Below are positions 44,801 through 56,702 of a DNA stretch of 64,000 bases, piece by piece. This stretch comes from Phaeosaccion multiseriatum (Eukaryota; Protista; Ochrophyta, other classes). The stretch lies in contig OZ218958.1 in assembly GCA_965112735.1 (NCBI GenBank), forward strand, positions 3,038,001-3,102,000. Reading direction: 5' to 3'. The translations under genes and the position numbers were made by a program. Below the pieces are notes generated by a model. It was not told the origin of the DNA and ran no database searches. It saw only the letters and a program-made list of their open reading frames with translations. Within the stretch, counting starts at the first letter, position 1, and each line of letters begins with the position of its first letter.

Positions 44801-46392
44801 GTTAGGGGTGAATGGGCGAAATGGAAGGTGGGGGCAGGTCAAAGGCAGGTAGGGTTGCGTGTAGGTGAATGGTGGTGCCTTAGTCCTCATACGAAAGATG
44901 GTGATCTGTTTTCAAATCCACATGTACGCTTTAAGAGTGGTGCATGAACTTTATAATCACAGGACTGTATTTCAACCTCCATCCCCCCCCGTCCCTCCCA
45001 ACCCTTCCCCCCTCCCCTGCCACTACCGATGTGGACTCCATTGATCGTTGCCAGACCCAACCCCCTCGTGAAGCAACGCCCCCCGGGGCCTCTCACAGTC
45101 CATGTACAGATCTACCCCCCTCCCCTCCCTCCTCCCTCCCATCTCTATCGCCCCCATCACCCCCCCACCTCTCCCTCCCTCACCTGCTTGGCCAGCTCGC
45201 GAGTGGGGCACACCACAAGCATCCTGGGCGTGCGGAAGCCTCGTCGGGGGGCGCCCCCTCCAGCCTCCTGGTCCTCTCGGGCAATGCCCTGAATCACGGG
45301 CAGACCGAAAGCGATGGTCTTTCCCGTTCCGGTCCTACTCCTGGCAATCATGTCACGCTTCTCCGTCACGAAAGGGAAAGTGGTGCCCTGGACCGGCGTA
45401 AAGTGCGTGATGCCCCTCTTCTCGAGCAATTTGAGCGTCTTTGGGTCAATATCAAAGTCCGAGATTGGCGGCTTCATGTTCATGTCCACCTCAATTGTCT
45501 CGAATTGGGTCCTTCCTCTAGGAGGGCCGCGGGCCTGGCTCGATCCACCCTGGTACCCCCCTCCTCCTCCGCCTCTTCCTCCGTAGCCTCCGCCCCTTTG
45601 CGGTGGCATGTCATTGTATCCTCCCTGGTACCCTCCTCCTCCTTGGTACCCTCCTCCTCCCTGGTAGCCTCCTCCTCCTCGCCCTCTTCCTGCGGGTTCG
45701 TACCCGTTATAGCCTCCACCCCCACCTCCTCTTCCTCCGGATTGGTACCCTCCCACTCGCTCCATGCCGTTGCCGCCACCGTAACCCCCTCCCCCTCCCC
45801 CATTGAATGGGGCTGCTCCTCCTCCTCCTCCTCCTCCTCCTCGCCCTCCTCCTCCGAATGGCGTCGCTCCTCCCCCTCTTGCCGGAGGAGGGGGGTAAGC
45901 TCCGCTCCGGCCTCCGCCAGCGGGACTACTTGGGGGCTGGCCCAAGATGTCATCAATGTTAAAGTCATCAGATCCTGCCAGCAGCTCACTGAGATCGCCC
46001 ATCACGTCATCGGTGCTGCTCTTGGCCTTGGTGCTGGCCCCCTTTGCCGCGGGAGGGGCGCCAAAGTCGTTCAGGCCAAAGTCCTCATCGTCCAAAAAGT
46101 CAAAGTCACTGCCAGCCGCAGAAGAGACGCCCACACTGCCTCGGCTCCTTCGCCTGCTGCTGCTGCTGCCGCCGTTGCTGCTGCCGCGCTTGCTACTCAC
46201 CAGAGAGATACTTGTGGTGGACTTGGGCGCAGAGCGCAAGAAGCTACTGGCCTTGAGCTGCTGCCGCTGCTGCTTACTCAGCTTCCCACCACACGGGAGA
46301 GCAGACGGCGAGAAGGCGTCCCCCGAGACCACGAGAGCGAGGGCCAGGAGAGCCTTCGCTCCCGCAGACGGAGCTGCCGACGAAGGCGACAT
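41398..46392 (-). CDS. DEAD-box RNA helicase, DDX21/RH3/RH53 type with RGG-rich tail, probably plastid-targeted, multi-exon
   Basis: Q motif GITHFTPVQ, ARSRTGTGKT, PTRELAKQV, VATPGR, LDEADEMLNMGF, LFSAT, LHGDITQ, VATDVAAR, YVHRSGRTGRAG; GUCT-like AVFDL region; signal peptide KALLALALVVSGDA^FSP. Confidence 0.92.
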
Positions 46393-46592
46393 TGTCTTCC
46401 TCCCTCCTCGTACGTTTGTGGTCCTGCTGAAGCTCCTGCCTCTAACTCGCAGGGGAGCCTCAGGGTGGTTTGTGGGGCTCACAAGGGAAGGTCCAGTTTC
46501 CCGAGGGGTTACGCCCTGCCTGTTAATTTGTCATTTGTCGCAAGGGAGCAAGAGAAGGGAAAGCTTAGCCGCAGCAGGTATAGTGTATCTTA

Positions 46593-46623
<31 letters not shown>

Positions 46624-47017
46624 CCGTACTTATCTCTTGTTGCGTATTCGTGTTTCCATTTTTGCAGCAGGATTTCTGAATCGATTTCTCCCTCCTCAAT
46701 GAGGCTTCCACTTTAGTGGTGCTTTCGGTGCTTTGGTGTGAGAGAGTATTATTGTTTGAGTAGCGCAGCAGAGCAGCCTCCTGTACGTGTCTTGGTTATC
46801 GTGTCTCCTCCTGTCCCTGCCTTAAGGCCTCTGGTGTCCTCTTCTTTCCTCCTTTCCTCTTCTACCCTCGTTCGTGTGCCTGCCCTTCTGCTCCTCTTGC
46901 CCAGGCCTTTAGAAGGAAAACCTTCCCATTACTCTTGGAGAGGTTGGGAGCGGAGCCATATCTACATATATCTTGCTCTTGGTGGTCAAGTCGTTGTGAG
47001 ACAGCGAGGCAGAGGAG

Positions 47018-48226
47018 ATGTGGGCACGTCTCTCCTTTCTGGCAGCTCTGCTGGCCTTCGTCTGCACCATCTGCTCTACCCATGCCTTCGTCCAGCCTCT
47101 CAGCTCGGCTGTATTGCCACGTTCCTCATCATCATCGTCGACTCCATCCCAAAGACGTTCACCCGCAATCTCGAGTCTTCCTTCGGCGTCTCGACCTGTT
47201 GCTGACTTGACAATGCAATTGGGGGGATCTCCCGTGAGGCGAAAACTGGATAAGCGAAGCGGAAATGGAGGTGGGGTGCTGGACAGGCCACCACCAGAGA
47301 AGTTCGACATTGGCAACACAAATCGGAAGAAGAAAGACGAGGCGCAAGGAGGTGGAGAGCAGGTACGCAGTTTGTTGGTTCTCCCTCTCCCTACTCTTGG
47401 ACGATTGATGCGCACCGTTACTGCACTCATTCTCCTTTACCCCTACGGGGAGATCTTACTCTCCCTTCTCTCGATAATGTGCAGTAGCTTGTCTCTCTCC
47501 ATCTCCTGATCCTTTCCCAAACGTCCCTTTTGCCCGATCAAATCCCAACGTCTCACTCTCCTCCCTTGCCGCCCCCGCCCCTGCTCCTGCTACCACTACA
47601 CCTCATGGCCAGTTTAAGGTCATTCTGTTCAACGATAACGGCAACACCAGAGAGTACGTGAGCAGGTCTCTCGTAGAGGTAAGAATGCTGTCCTGGGGGC
47701 GTTGAGGTTTGTAGCCTGGCCCTTCCCCCTTCCCCCTTCCCACACCAAGTGGGCTGTGTCTACATCCACAGCCCCGCTTGCCTGTCTAATCTTTGTCGAC
47801 AGGACCCCTCAATCTCTCCTCCCTCCTTTGTCCCTTTGCCCATGCAAGACACTTTGCCTCAACTTCCCTGCCAACCACGACCCTCATACTGCCTCTTGCT
47901 CTCTCTCTACCTTTCGTCCTCTCCTCCCCCCCCCCCTCCTCTCTCTCCTTCGGGCGCAATCCTCCCCCTTCGCCCCATCCCACCCCACCCGACCCTATCT
48001 CCCCTTCTCCCTTTTCCCTTGGGTGTTGGTGTTTCGGCAGGTGTGCCGGCTGAAGGAGCCCAAGGCGTTTGATGTGATGACGAAGGCCCATCTCAACGGC
48101 ATGGCAATCGTGGGAGTGTACCCTCATGACGAGGCGGAGGAGTACGCGGACGCTCTCAAGGAGAGAGGCATTCTTGCGGGCATTGAGCCTGTGGACGACG
48201 GCGACGACGACGGCTCTTCTGAATGA
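47018..48226 (+). CDS. clpS: ATP-dependent Clp protease adaptor ClpS, plastid-targeted (exons 47018-47362, 47613-47678, 48041-48226)
   Basis: FKVILFNDNGNTREYVSRSLVE|VCRL...AFDVMTKAHLNGMAIVGVYPHDEAEEY; signal peptide cleavage THA^FV; canonical GT-AG junctions in frame. Confidence 0.92.
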
Positions 48227-49161
48227 GGAGTACGCGAAGGAGAGAGGGGGCGGTGGGGCCGGGACGACCGGCGTGCATCATAAACTGTGGAGAGAAAGAA
48301 AGGGGGTGGGGGTGAGGAAGGAAGGAAGGAAGGGAGCGAGCGAGGGAGGGAGGAGGGAGGAAGGAAGGAAGGAAGGAAAGAAGGAAGGAAGGGAGCGAGG
48401 GAGGGAGGGAGGGAGCACAAGTATGAGCATGCTGCACTGGTGGGGCAGCGGGGAAGTCACAGGGGACGGGTGGGCTTGTATATATAGTTTTTTTAAAGGA
48501 CAGTGATGAAGGGGTGGTGACGAACAACGGAGCGAAACATTCCGTAGCGAATGTGGGCTGCGGCTCTCCCGTGAATGCTCCGCTCCTCGTGGGGGGGTGC
48601 TTGCGGAGAGAGGCTCGACGGCCGAGCATCGGTCAAACTGAGATGGGAAAGGCCTCGTCTTTTCTCTCCGGAGGCGTGCTTCGGTGGAAGGGATCGGGTG
48701 AGGATTCATTGGTAAGAGTTTCTTACATATTTTATTTAAGGGATGAAGAAGGATGGAGAGGCCTTGAAGGAAGGAAGGCCTTGTCTTCTCGTCCATTTGC
48801 CGTGACGGTAGAGGTGCAGAGTAGTGGATATGTCGTAGGCTGGCAGAGGGACGGTAGAGGTGCAGAGTAGGGGATATGTGGTAGGCTGGCAGAGCTCTCC
48901 CTGCACCTGTCCCTGCCGCGAGAAGGAGAGAGCACAGCAAGCAAGCGTGCGAGAGCACTCCCCGAGTTTTAAAAGTACATCCTTACCATTAATGAACTCT
49001 GAATTTGTTCGGTGCACCAGAAGGGAACGAACTGACAAATTCATCTGTGGGTGGTCGGTGGCTCGTTTATGCCTCCTCGGCTCCTCTGCTCTTCTCTCTC
49101 TATCCCTCTCTCGTTTCTCCCTCCCTCCCCCCCTCTCTCTCTCTCCTCTTTCTCTACTTCC

Positions 49162-50533
49162 CTACTTCATTTGCGACTGGACCCAGCCGGGCAAGTCGTC
49201 AGAGCTCAGCCACTCGGCCTCCTCAGGGGTTGACTCTCTGCCCAGGGCCTTGTTGCGGTGTGGGAATCTGCCGAATTTGGCTACGACGTCTCGGTGGTCC
49301 TGGGCAAATTCCAACGAACCGGGCAGGTGCGCCTGTGGTAGTCACGATCAATCATACAAGGAAGGGGCATGCAGAAGAAGGGGAGGGAGTGGAAGTAAGC
49401 AAGGCAGGAAGGCAGGCAGGCAGGCAGGCGGTAGTAGTCAACGAAGGCAGTGAGTAGTAGCAAGCAAGGCAGCGAGTAGTACCTCTTACACATGTACTTG
49501 GATTAGTGCGTACCTTCGTCTTCTCCACACACAAGTCGTGAAGCTCGAGGCTCTCGGAGTGCATGAAGGGGAGATACGCAAAGGTTTTCTCGAAATGGGA
49601 GTATGTCAAATCCCACTCCTTCTCCACCACCTGCAGAGGGAGGGGCCGCCACAATTGACAAGTATAGAGAGAGGACAGAGCACCACCAACAACACCAGCA
49701 ACAATGCACCACACGGGCGTTACATCACAGGACAGCGCCAGTGTTGCAAAAGACGTGTGATAGGGCAACAGTCAACCCCAGCCAACCCCCGGCCCCCCAC
49801 CCACTCTCCAGCCCATCAAGTCAACGCACCAGCTTGCCCAGGCTCTCTGCTAGCTCCGCGTATTGGAACGCCTTGGGGTCGCCTCGGTAGATGCAGCGAG
49901 GGAACTGGTCCAAGAGAAGGATCCTCGCCAGGGCGCCTCGGGGGCCTGCCCACTGGGATGACTCATCCACCTCTGAACTTCCTTTCGCTGCCTCTTCCAC
50001 GAGGTCACTGCTGAGTGTCTGCGTCTTTTCGAACTCCTGAGCGTCAAACGCAGTGGTAGGAGGAGAAGAAGAAGAGAGGAGAAGGAGGACGAGGAGGAGG
50101 AGGGATTTGCGTATTCCTTCTCTGCAATACCCTCTATACGAGTCTACCAACGCCACCTTCGTACCTCTGTGGCTCCCATAAACCAGTTGGGCATGTACGC
50201 TTCCTTATAGGCATCCAGCGTCTCAAACTTGGAGGGGTCTCCGAACCAAAAGGAGAGCACCTCCTCAGCCGATGCGAGTGCTTTAGGAGAAGCATCGGCT
50301 GACACAGAGGATGACGCCATTGTACGCCGACTGCTAGTATGCGTGTATGCTCCTGGTGCCGGTGCTGCTGCAGCAAGCGAGACGAATTGATGCTGCTTTT
50401 GCCCTTGAGCGAGATGGGCTGCTGCCCCGAAGCCCCTGAAAGCGGGTCCGCGGTAGAGCTTTGAGGGCACGTTGAATGCACCGGCCCTTCCCACAGCGAG
50501 CACTCCTAGCAGACGAGGAAGTGCGCCACGCAT
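49162..50533 (-). CDS. DUF924 family protein, multi-exon
   Basis: EVLSFWFG...NWF, GALARILLLDQFPRCIYRG, FAYLPFMHSESL, KFGRFPHRNKALGRESTPEE; TAG at 49162-49164. Confidence 0.9.
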
Positions 50534-51037
50534 AGACAGAGGCAGAAGAGGTAAAATGTATTGGAAAAGGGCGGCGGAAAGAGGCGGGAGGGAGGGAAAA
50601 AAGCAAAAATAGAGCATCTCTACGTAGGAAATCGACCTATAAATCTCTCTTCCCTCAATCTTCCCTCCTCCTTCCCCCCCTCCTTCTTCTCCTCCCTCTC
50701 TTTATTTACACCTACTTAAACAAAGAAACAGAGCACAGGTGAGGTGGGGGAGAGTATATGCTCGTGTGATGGAAAGAACTTGGGCCGAGGAAGGGAGAGC
50801 TTGTGTTGAGGGCCGACAGCCTCCACCACGGTCTTGGTGCTGGCGCTTCGCCCTCTTCGTCCTTTCCCCCTTGCTGGTGTCGCCCTAGGACCAGCGTCTG
50901 GTGTTGCGTGCCGACGTCCTACTCATCTCCTTCCCCTCTCTTCTTCTCTTTGCGTACAGGTCTTGGGTTGTTCCTATTGCGTGCGAGCGATTTTGGAACC
51001 TTCCCGTGGCCAGCACTCTTAGTAGAGCGGTGCCGGG

Positions 51038-53017
51038 ATGGCTATGCCGGAGTATGAGGTGGGAAAGACGGACGACTTTGACGATGACGAAGAGAATGTC
51101 TTTGCGCAAGGCGGAGACATGACAAGCTCAGCAGACTTTCTCGGGAGCACGGGTAGTAGCAAGCAACAACTAGGGGGGGCTCCTGGCTCGGGAATGCCAA
51201 TGGCGGTGGCAACGCCCGTGCCCATGGATAGCGCTTTTTTGCTGGCGAATGGCGCTGGAGGAGGAGGATCTTCAGCAGGCATGGACACGAGCACAGGCCG
51301 AGAAGGACAGGGAGGCGGGGGGGGGCAGGGGAGAGGCGGGGAGCAAGACGGGGAGGGAGGTTTCGGGAGTTTCTGTGGATGCTTATCGATAAAGTTCTAC
51401 AAGAGGTTCTTTGATGTTGATACCGGGGAAGTCCTGGCGCGCTGGAAGTACTCGGGCTTTCCGTTCCGACGAGACGCGACATTCTTGGAGCTGCTTGACA
51501 GCAGACCGGACGCCTATGGGCCCTTTTGGGTAAGTTTCGCGCAGTGGGGACGCTCTCGCAATCGCATTATAGGAGAGCATCCTCCGTGTGTGCCTTCCAT
51601 TGAACAGACCAAACGATGGCCCGGCCGTTTCATTGTCTTCTGTGTACATGTCTCATTTCTTCCCCGAGGCTTCCGTGAGCGCCCTTTTGATACTCGAACA
51701 CCCTTCCGCAGCAATCGACACAGATGCATGTCGATTGGCATTCCACTGACTGCTTCTCTTCATCGCTGTGCCTGGTTTTCCTCCTTCCCTCCTCCTCTCC
51801 ACCACGCCCTCTCTTCTGTGTCGATTGGCATTCCACTGACTGCTTCTCTTCATCGCTGTGCCTGGTTTTCCTCCTTCCCTCCTCCTCTCCACCACGCCCT
51901 CTCTTTTCTCTCTCTCCACGTGCCTGGCGCATCACTCACGTCTGTCTCCTCTTCTCCTCAGAACGCGACAACGTTGATTTTCATCATCGCAATCATGACC
52001 AACCTCTACAGTTGGCTCACCTTCGACGCCTCGAGCGGAAGCGAGTGGTAAGCCCTGCAGCTGCCCACTCTCCTCTCCCGTTTCCCTCAGCTCTGCCTCA
52101 ATTCTCGTCCTTTTGGATCGCGGCATCTTTCAGTCGCCCTTTCCCGCTCTGCCCTTCGGGCTCCAGTGACCTTCAAAATGCGGGCAAACAGCGATTCCTG
52201 ACTTGTCGTACGCCGCCCCCTTGCCCCGGCATCCTCCTCCCCTCCCTTCTCCTTCTCTCCCCTCTCTTTGCCCGCCATTATCCTCCTCCTCCCTCATTTC
52301 TCCACCTCTCCATTCTTTTCACCCCCCACCACCCTCACGCCGCCAGGGAGTACGATATCACCAAGCTGGTAACGTGTGCGTCGATAGTGTACGGCTTCTT
52401 GTTCGTAGTTCCTTTGGTGGTGTGGCTGTGCCTATCGCAGCTCGAGGTCCCTATAGCCTTCATGGACCTCTTTTGCATATACGGGTACTCATGCGGGGTA
52501 AGTCAATAAGTCATTGAGGGTGGGGTGATATACCCAAAGTGATTGCTTACACTTTTTTATAGTGCACAGGCGCAGAGGCCATACATATTGCCTGATGATT
52601 GGGTTTCCCTGGTTGAACCCCAAGCTTGGGAAGGTGATCCTCAGCCAAAACAGTTGATTGCACGACCCTTGTGTGTTTGTTTATTTACCCCCTCCCTCCT
52701 TCCTAGCCATGTACTTGTCTTGTGACCTCCCTCGCTGCACCTACCTCTCCCCCGCTGGCCTCTCCCCCCTCCCCAAGGTGTTCATCCCGGCGGTCGTCCT
52801 GTGTCTCGTTCCCAGCGACGGCTTTGTGTGGTGCTCTCTCTGCGCAGCTTGCCTCCTGTCCGTGGTCTTCCTGTTACGCGCTGTCACCCCCGTGATGATG
52901 GAGAGGAATAGCGAGAACGCGGCGGTGCTGGTGCTCGGCGGCTTTGGCGCCATTCAGATCGTCTTCATGCTGCTGCTCAAGCTCATCTTCTTCCCACATG
53001 CAATTCTCTCCACCTAA
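51038..53017 (+). CDS. Yip1-domain Golgi membrane protein, YIPF1/YIPF2 type, 4 coding exons
   Basis: FYKRFFDVDT.EVL.R, PDAYGPFW|NATTLIF, YDITKL..CASIVYGF, FCIYGYS, VFIPAVVLCLVP; stop TAA at 53015-53017. Confidence 0.9.
51728..51905. repeat. 90-bp perfect tandem duplication in a YIPF intron
   Basis: tgtcgattggcattccactgac...caccacgccctctctt occurs twice. Confidence 0.9.
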
Positions 53018-53019
53018 AC

Positions 53020-54921
53020 TCAATACATCATATAGTACACCTCAAGCCCCTCGGGTAGATCTGCAGCGAGTGGGCAACTCCTCCCAACCGTAAGCTTCCT
53101 CAGCCCAGCAGGTAGGCTCTCCAGGGGGCAGGAGTATTCAGGACTCAGTATAAGAGCCCGCAGAGAGGGAGGGAGGTCCAGGGGGAGGTTAAAGTCACGC
53201 CCCATGCGCACCTCCTCTACACTACAAGGAAGGACCACAGGCTGATTGAAGCAGTCGCCAAAAGTGACCTTCTTCAGCGAGGAAGGGAGAACGATTGGCC
53301 TGTTGAAGTTTGAGCCCCTTGAAAACTCCAGCTCCTCCAGAGAGCTTGGTAGCACCAAATCAGCCTGATCGAAGTTCTTTCCAAAAGTGACCTTCTTCAG
53401 CGAGGAAGGGAGAACGATTGGCCTGTTGAAGCTTGCGTACTCTGAAAACTCCAACTCCTCCAGAGAGCTTGGTAGCACCAAATCAGCCTGATTGAAAGAA
53501 CTCCCAAAAGTGACCTTCTTCAGCGAGGGGGGGAGAACGATAGGCCTGTTGAAATACGACATATCTGGAAACTCCAGCTCCTCCAGAGAGCTTGGTAACA
53601 CCAAATCAGCCTGATTGAAAGAACTCCCAAAAGTGACCTTCTTCAGCGAGGGGGGGAGAACGATTGGCCTGTTGAACAATGTATCATGTGAAAACACTAG
53701 CTCCTCCAGACAGCTTGGCAACACCAAATCAGCCTGATCAAAATATCCTCCAAAGGTGACCTTCTTCAGTGTGGAAGGGAGAACGATTGGCCTGTTGAAC
53801 ACTGAGCGAGTTGAAAACTTGAGCTCCTCCAGAGCGCTTGGTAGCACTAAATCAGCTTGATCGAAGGGTCTCCCAAAAGTGACCTTCTTCAGCGAGGAAG
53901 GGAGAACGATTGGCCTGTTGAACCTTGAGTACTCTGAAAACTTCAGCTCCTCCAGAGAGCTTGGTAGCACCAAATCAGCCTGATTGAAGGCTTCTCCAAA
54001 AGTGACCTTCTTCAGCGAGGAAGGGAGAACGATTGGCCTGTTGAACCTTGAGTACTCTGAAAACTTCAGCTCCTCCAGAGAGCTTGGTAGCACCAAATCA
54101 GCCTGATCGAAATATCTTCCAAAAGTGACCTTCTTCAGCGAGGAAGGGAGAGCGATTGGCCTGTTGAACTCTGAGTGCCATGCAAATTCCAACTCCTCCA
54201 GAGAGCTTGGTAGCACCAAATCAGCCTGATTGAAGTGTTCTCCAAAAGTGACCTTCTTCAGCGAGGAAGGGAGAGCGATTGGCCTGTTGAACCTTGAGAC
54301 CCGTGCAAACTCCACCTCCTCCACGCCGCTCGGTACAACAACGCGGCACGCATCGAAGAACACCGAAAACCCCACACGCTTGACCAAGAGTGGCAGCAGT
54401 GCCAACACTTTGAGAGCAAGAGCCGTATCAGCAGAAGTCAGCTCGTCAGCACATCCGAGTTGGATGCCGAGGCGCACCGCCTTGACGCGAAAGGAGCCCG
54501 CCATACCATGGTCCGGCTGCCTCGCCCTAACCCTCCCCGACCTTCGAAGCCCTTCCACGGCATTTCTTCCCCGCATGGAGGCGGGAGGAGGAGAGGAAGC
54601 CGCAGCAAGGCGTTGAGACTCCTCGCGCTCCCGCTGCTGCTGCTGCTTCAGCATGCTCAGCACACGCGACTGGATAGCTTGGGGCATGTCGGCGTTGATC
54701 ACCAAAGCGCGGGAGGTAAACGTGTCGACCTCCTTGCATACGCCCCACAGAGCCTTGTTCGAAACACGGCCAGCAACCACCCTCAATGCCGCCGGCCCGC
54801 TGCTGCTGAGACTGGTGCGCTCTGGCAAATTTCCCCCCGTTCCATCGGTCTTCTGATGACTTTCTTCCATCACGATGCCCCCCCCCTTCGTTTCACCTCC
54901 CTTCGACGTGGTGCCCTTCAA
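53020..54921 (-). CDS. FNIP-repeat protein B: 9 units; ancestral ATG mutated to TTG, first in-frame ATG at 54870
   Basis: Same scaffold as A; codons at 54921 read TTG AAG where A and C have ATG GGG. Confidence 0.88.
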   Translation of the reverse strand: MKGTTSKGGETKGGGIVMEESHQKTDGTGGNLPERTSLSSSGPAALRVVAGRVSNKALWGVCKEVDTFTSRALVINADMPQAIQSRVLSMLKQQQQREREESQRLAAASSPPPASMRGRNAVEGLRRSGRVRARQPDHGMAGSFRVKAVRLGIQLGCADELTSADTALALKVLALLPLLVKRVGFSVFFDACRVVVPSGVEEVEFARVSRFNRPIALPSSLKKVTFGEHFNQADLVLPSSLEELEFAWHSEFNRPIALPSSLKKVTFGRYFDQADLVLPSSLEELKFSEYSRFNRPIVLPSSLKKVTFGEAFNQADLVLPSSLEELKFSEYSRFNRPIVLPSSLKKVTFGRPFDQADLVLPSALEELKFSTRSVFNRPIVLPSTLKKVTFGGYFDQADLVLPSCLEELVFSHDTLFNRPIVLPPSLKKVTFGSSFNQADLVLPSSLEELEFPDMSYFNRPIVLPPSLKKVTFGSSFNQADLVLPSSLEELEFSEYASFNRPIVLPSSLKKVTFGKNFDQADLVLPSSLEELEFSRGSNFNRPIVLPSSLKKVTFGDCFNQPVVLPCSVEEVRMGRDFNLPLDLPPSLRALILSPEYSCPLESLPAGLRKLTVGRSCPLAADLPEGLEVYYMMY

Positions 54922-55184
54922 TGTACTCCCTCTTCTTCCCCCTTTCCAGCGTCACTGCGCTACTTGGTTTTGATTCGGTGGTGTAGACCGACTGATCGGG
55001 AATTGGGAATTGGGCCCCCGGGAAGGACTTTATTGACTTAATAGGAATCACCTAAGAAACTGAAAGTGTGATTCAGAGTCAAAGGACCTGATTTGAGTGG
55101 GGGCTCACAGCGCCGAGGGCTGGAAGCAAGGGGGGTGGGCAAGATTCGGGGCAACAATCGGCCTTTTTTTCTTACGATTCCAGC

Positions 55185-56702
55185 ATGGAGGACATACATG
55201 CAAGTATCGCAGCAGTGAGCAGGAAGGAGGAGGCAGTGGAGCAGGCGTTGAGCGCGCGGGGCAGCTACCTGGGGCTGAGCTTGGGAGGAGCAGCACCAGC
55301 AGCGGGTGGTGAGAAAAAGGGGGTGAGGACAGAGCTGCTGATGCACCTCCAAGCTTTGAGAGAGGAGAAGAAGCAATTGAGAGAGGAGAAGGCGAAAGAG
55401 AGGGACGAGAAGGTGAAGAAGAAGGCTCACGAGAGGGACGAGAAGGCGAAAGAGAAGGCTCACGAGAGGGACGAGAAGGCGAAAGAAAAGGCTCACGAGA
55501 GGGACGATAAGGTACGCGAGATGGAGAAGGAGGCAAAGTTATTGGACGAGAGAACAAAAGAGAGGGCCCTGGAGAGAGAGAAGGAACTGATCCTCCTCCG
55601 CCTCGAAGTACAACCCTCAGCAGCGCCCAGAAGCCGCCGCCCCCACGATCCGGACGCTGAGGTAGAGGAGGGGAAGGCAGGGAGAGACAGGAAGGGGGGT
55701 AGAAAGCGGCGACGTTCGACCTCCGGAAGAAAGGGTGGAGATGGCGGACGTGCTGCCTCTCATCGACTTCCCCTTCCTGGCTCGGGCGCCTGTGCCAGCG
55801 CCTTTGGTATGGAGGAAGTGTATGCAAAGGTGATGGAGCTCGTGGGAAAGGGGGAGTACGCTTTCGTGGCGACGGTGTGCAAGGAGTGGAGGGGGTACTA
55901 CATTGTGGAACACGCAGCCAAGACGAGCCAAGCAAGTGTAGTTGCCTCCATCGATCGTGTGTACTGGGCCAGGAGGCACGGCTACAAGCTTACCTTCGGA
56001 ACGTTCTTGGCCGCTGCTCAGTATGGAGATGTGAGCATGTGCAAGGCCCTCCATCACATGGGCTGTCCTTGGGATGAGAGGGTGTGCGAAGGGGCATCGA
56101 AAAATGGGCGGCACAGCCTGCGTGTGCTCAAGTGGCTGCGCTCAGAGGACTCGGCTGACTCCAAGGAGGGGAAATGCCCGTGGGATTGGAGGGTCTGCCG
56201 TGGTGCTGCGCGGAGGGGGGACTTGCAACTGGTGGAGTGGCTTCTGTCGGATGACATGAACGCCCCCTTTAATGTGGATGTGTGGCTCTGTGCTATTCGT
56301 TATGGGCACATCTCTACGCTGGCATGGCTGCTGAACAATCCCAAGGTCAGGGCTGAGCTGGAGGGAGCGGAGGAGGGCAGTTCGTGGAGGAGGGGAGCTC
56401 GGACTGCTGCCATTTTCGGCCGTTGTGACGCTCTGCGGTGGCTGCATGCCAATGCGAGTGAGCTTTGTGATTGGACCCCTGACGTATGCCAATGTGCGGT
56501 TGAACTCAGCAAGAGTCTAGAAATGCTGCAGTGGCTCCGCTCCGAAGAGGTGGGCTGTCCGTGGGACGAGCATGCGTGTCCAGAGATCATCAAGACAATC
56601 CGCGGCCAGCTTTGTATTACTTGGGACATGGACGAGAACGTCTTTGAGGAGATTAAGCAGTGGGTGCATGCCAATGGGCACCCCTGCGACTGCGAGGACT
56701 GA
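55185..56702 (+). CDS. Coiled-coil + F-box-like + ankyrin-like protein, copy 2 (505 aa), partner of FNIP B
   Basis: Colinear paralogue of 27097-28548 with four EKAxERDxKxx units. Confidence 0.88.
   Translation: MEDIHASIAAVSRKEEAVEQALSARGSYLGLSLGGAAPAAGGEKKGVRTELLMHLQALREEKKQLREEKAKERDEKVKKKAHERDEKAKEKAHERDEKAKEKAHERDDKVREMEKEAKLLDERTKERALEREKELILLRLEVQPSAAPRSRRPHDPDAEVEEGKAGRDRKGGRKRRRSTSGRKGGDGGRAASHRLPLPGSGACASAFGMEEVYAKVMELVGKGEYAFVATVCKEWRGYYIVEHAAKTSQASVVASIDRVYWARRHGYKLTFGTFLAAAQYGDVSMCKALHHMGCPWDERVCEGASKNGRHSLRVLKWLRSEDSADSKEGKCPWDWRVCRGAARRGDLQLVEWLLSDDMNAPFNVDVWLCAIRYGHISTLAWLLNNPKVRAELEGAEEGSSWRRGARTAAIFGRCDALRWLHANASELCDWTPDVCQCAVELSKSLEMLQWLRSEEVGCPWDEHACPEIIKTIRGQLCITWDMDENVFEEIKQWVHANGHPCDCED

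Noticed and set aside
44944-46716. 590-aa plus-strand ORF
   Set aside because: Antisense shadow of the first exon of the DEAD-box helicase.
37269-50533. Functional cluster of plastid-targeted genes (NDC1, RNA helicase, ClpS, possibly DUF924)
   Set aside because: The pathways are unrelated and plastid-targeted genes are common in algal genomes, so adjacency is plausibly chance.
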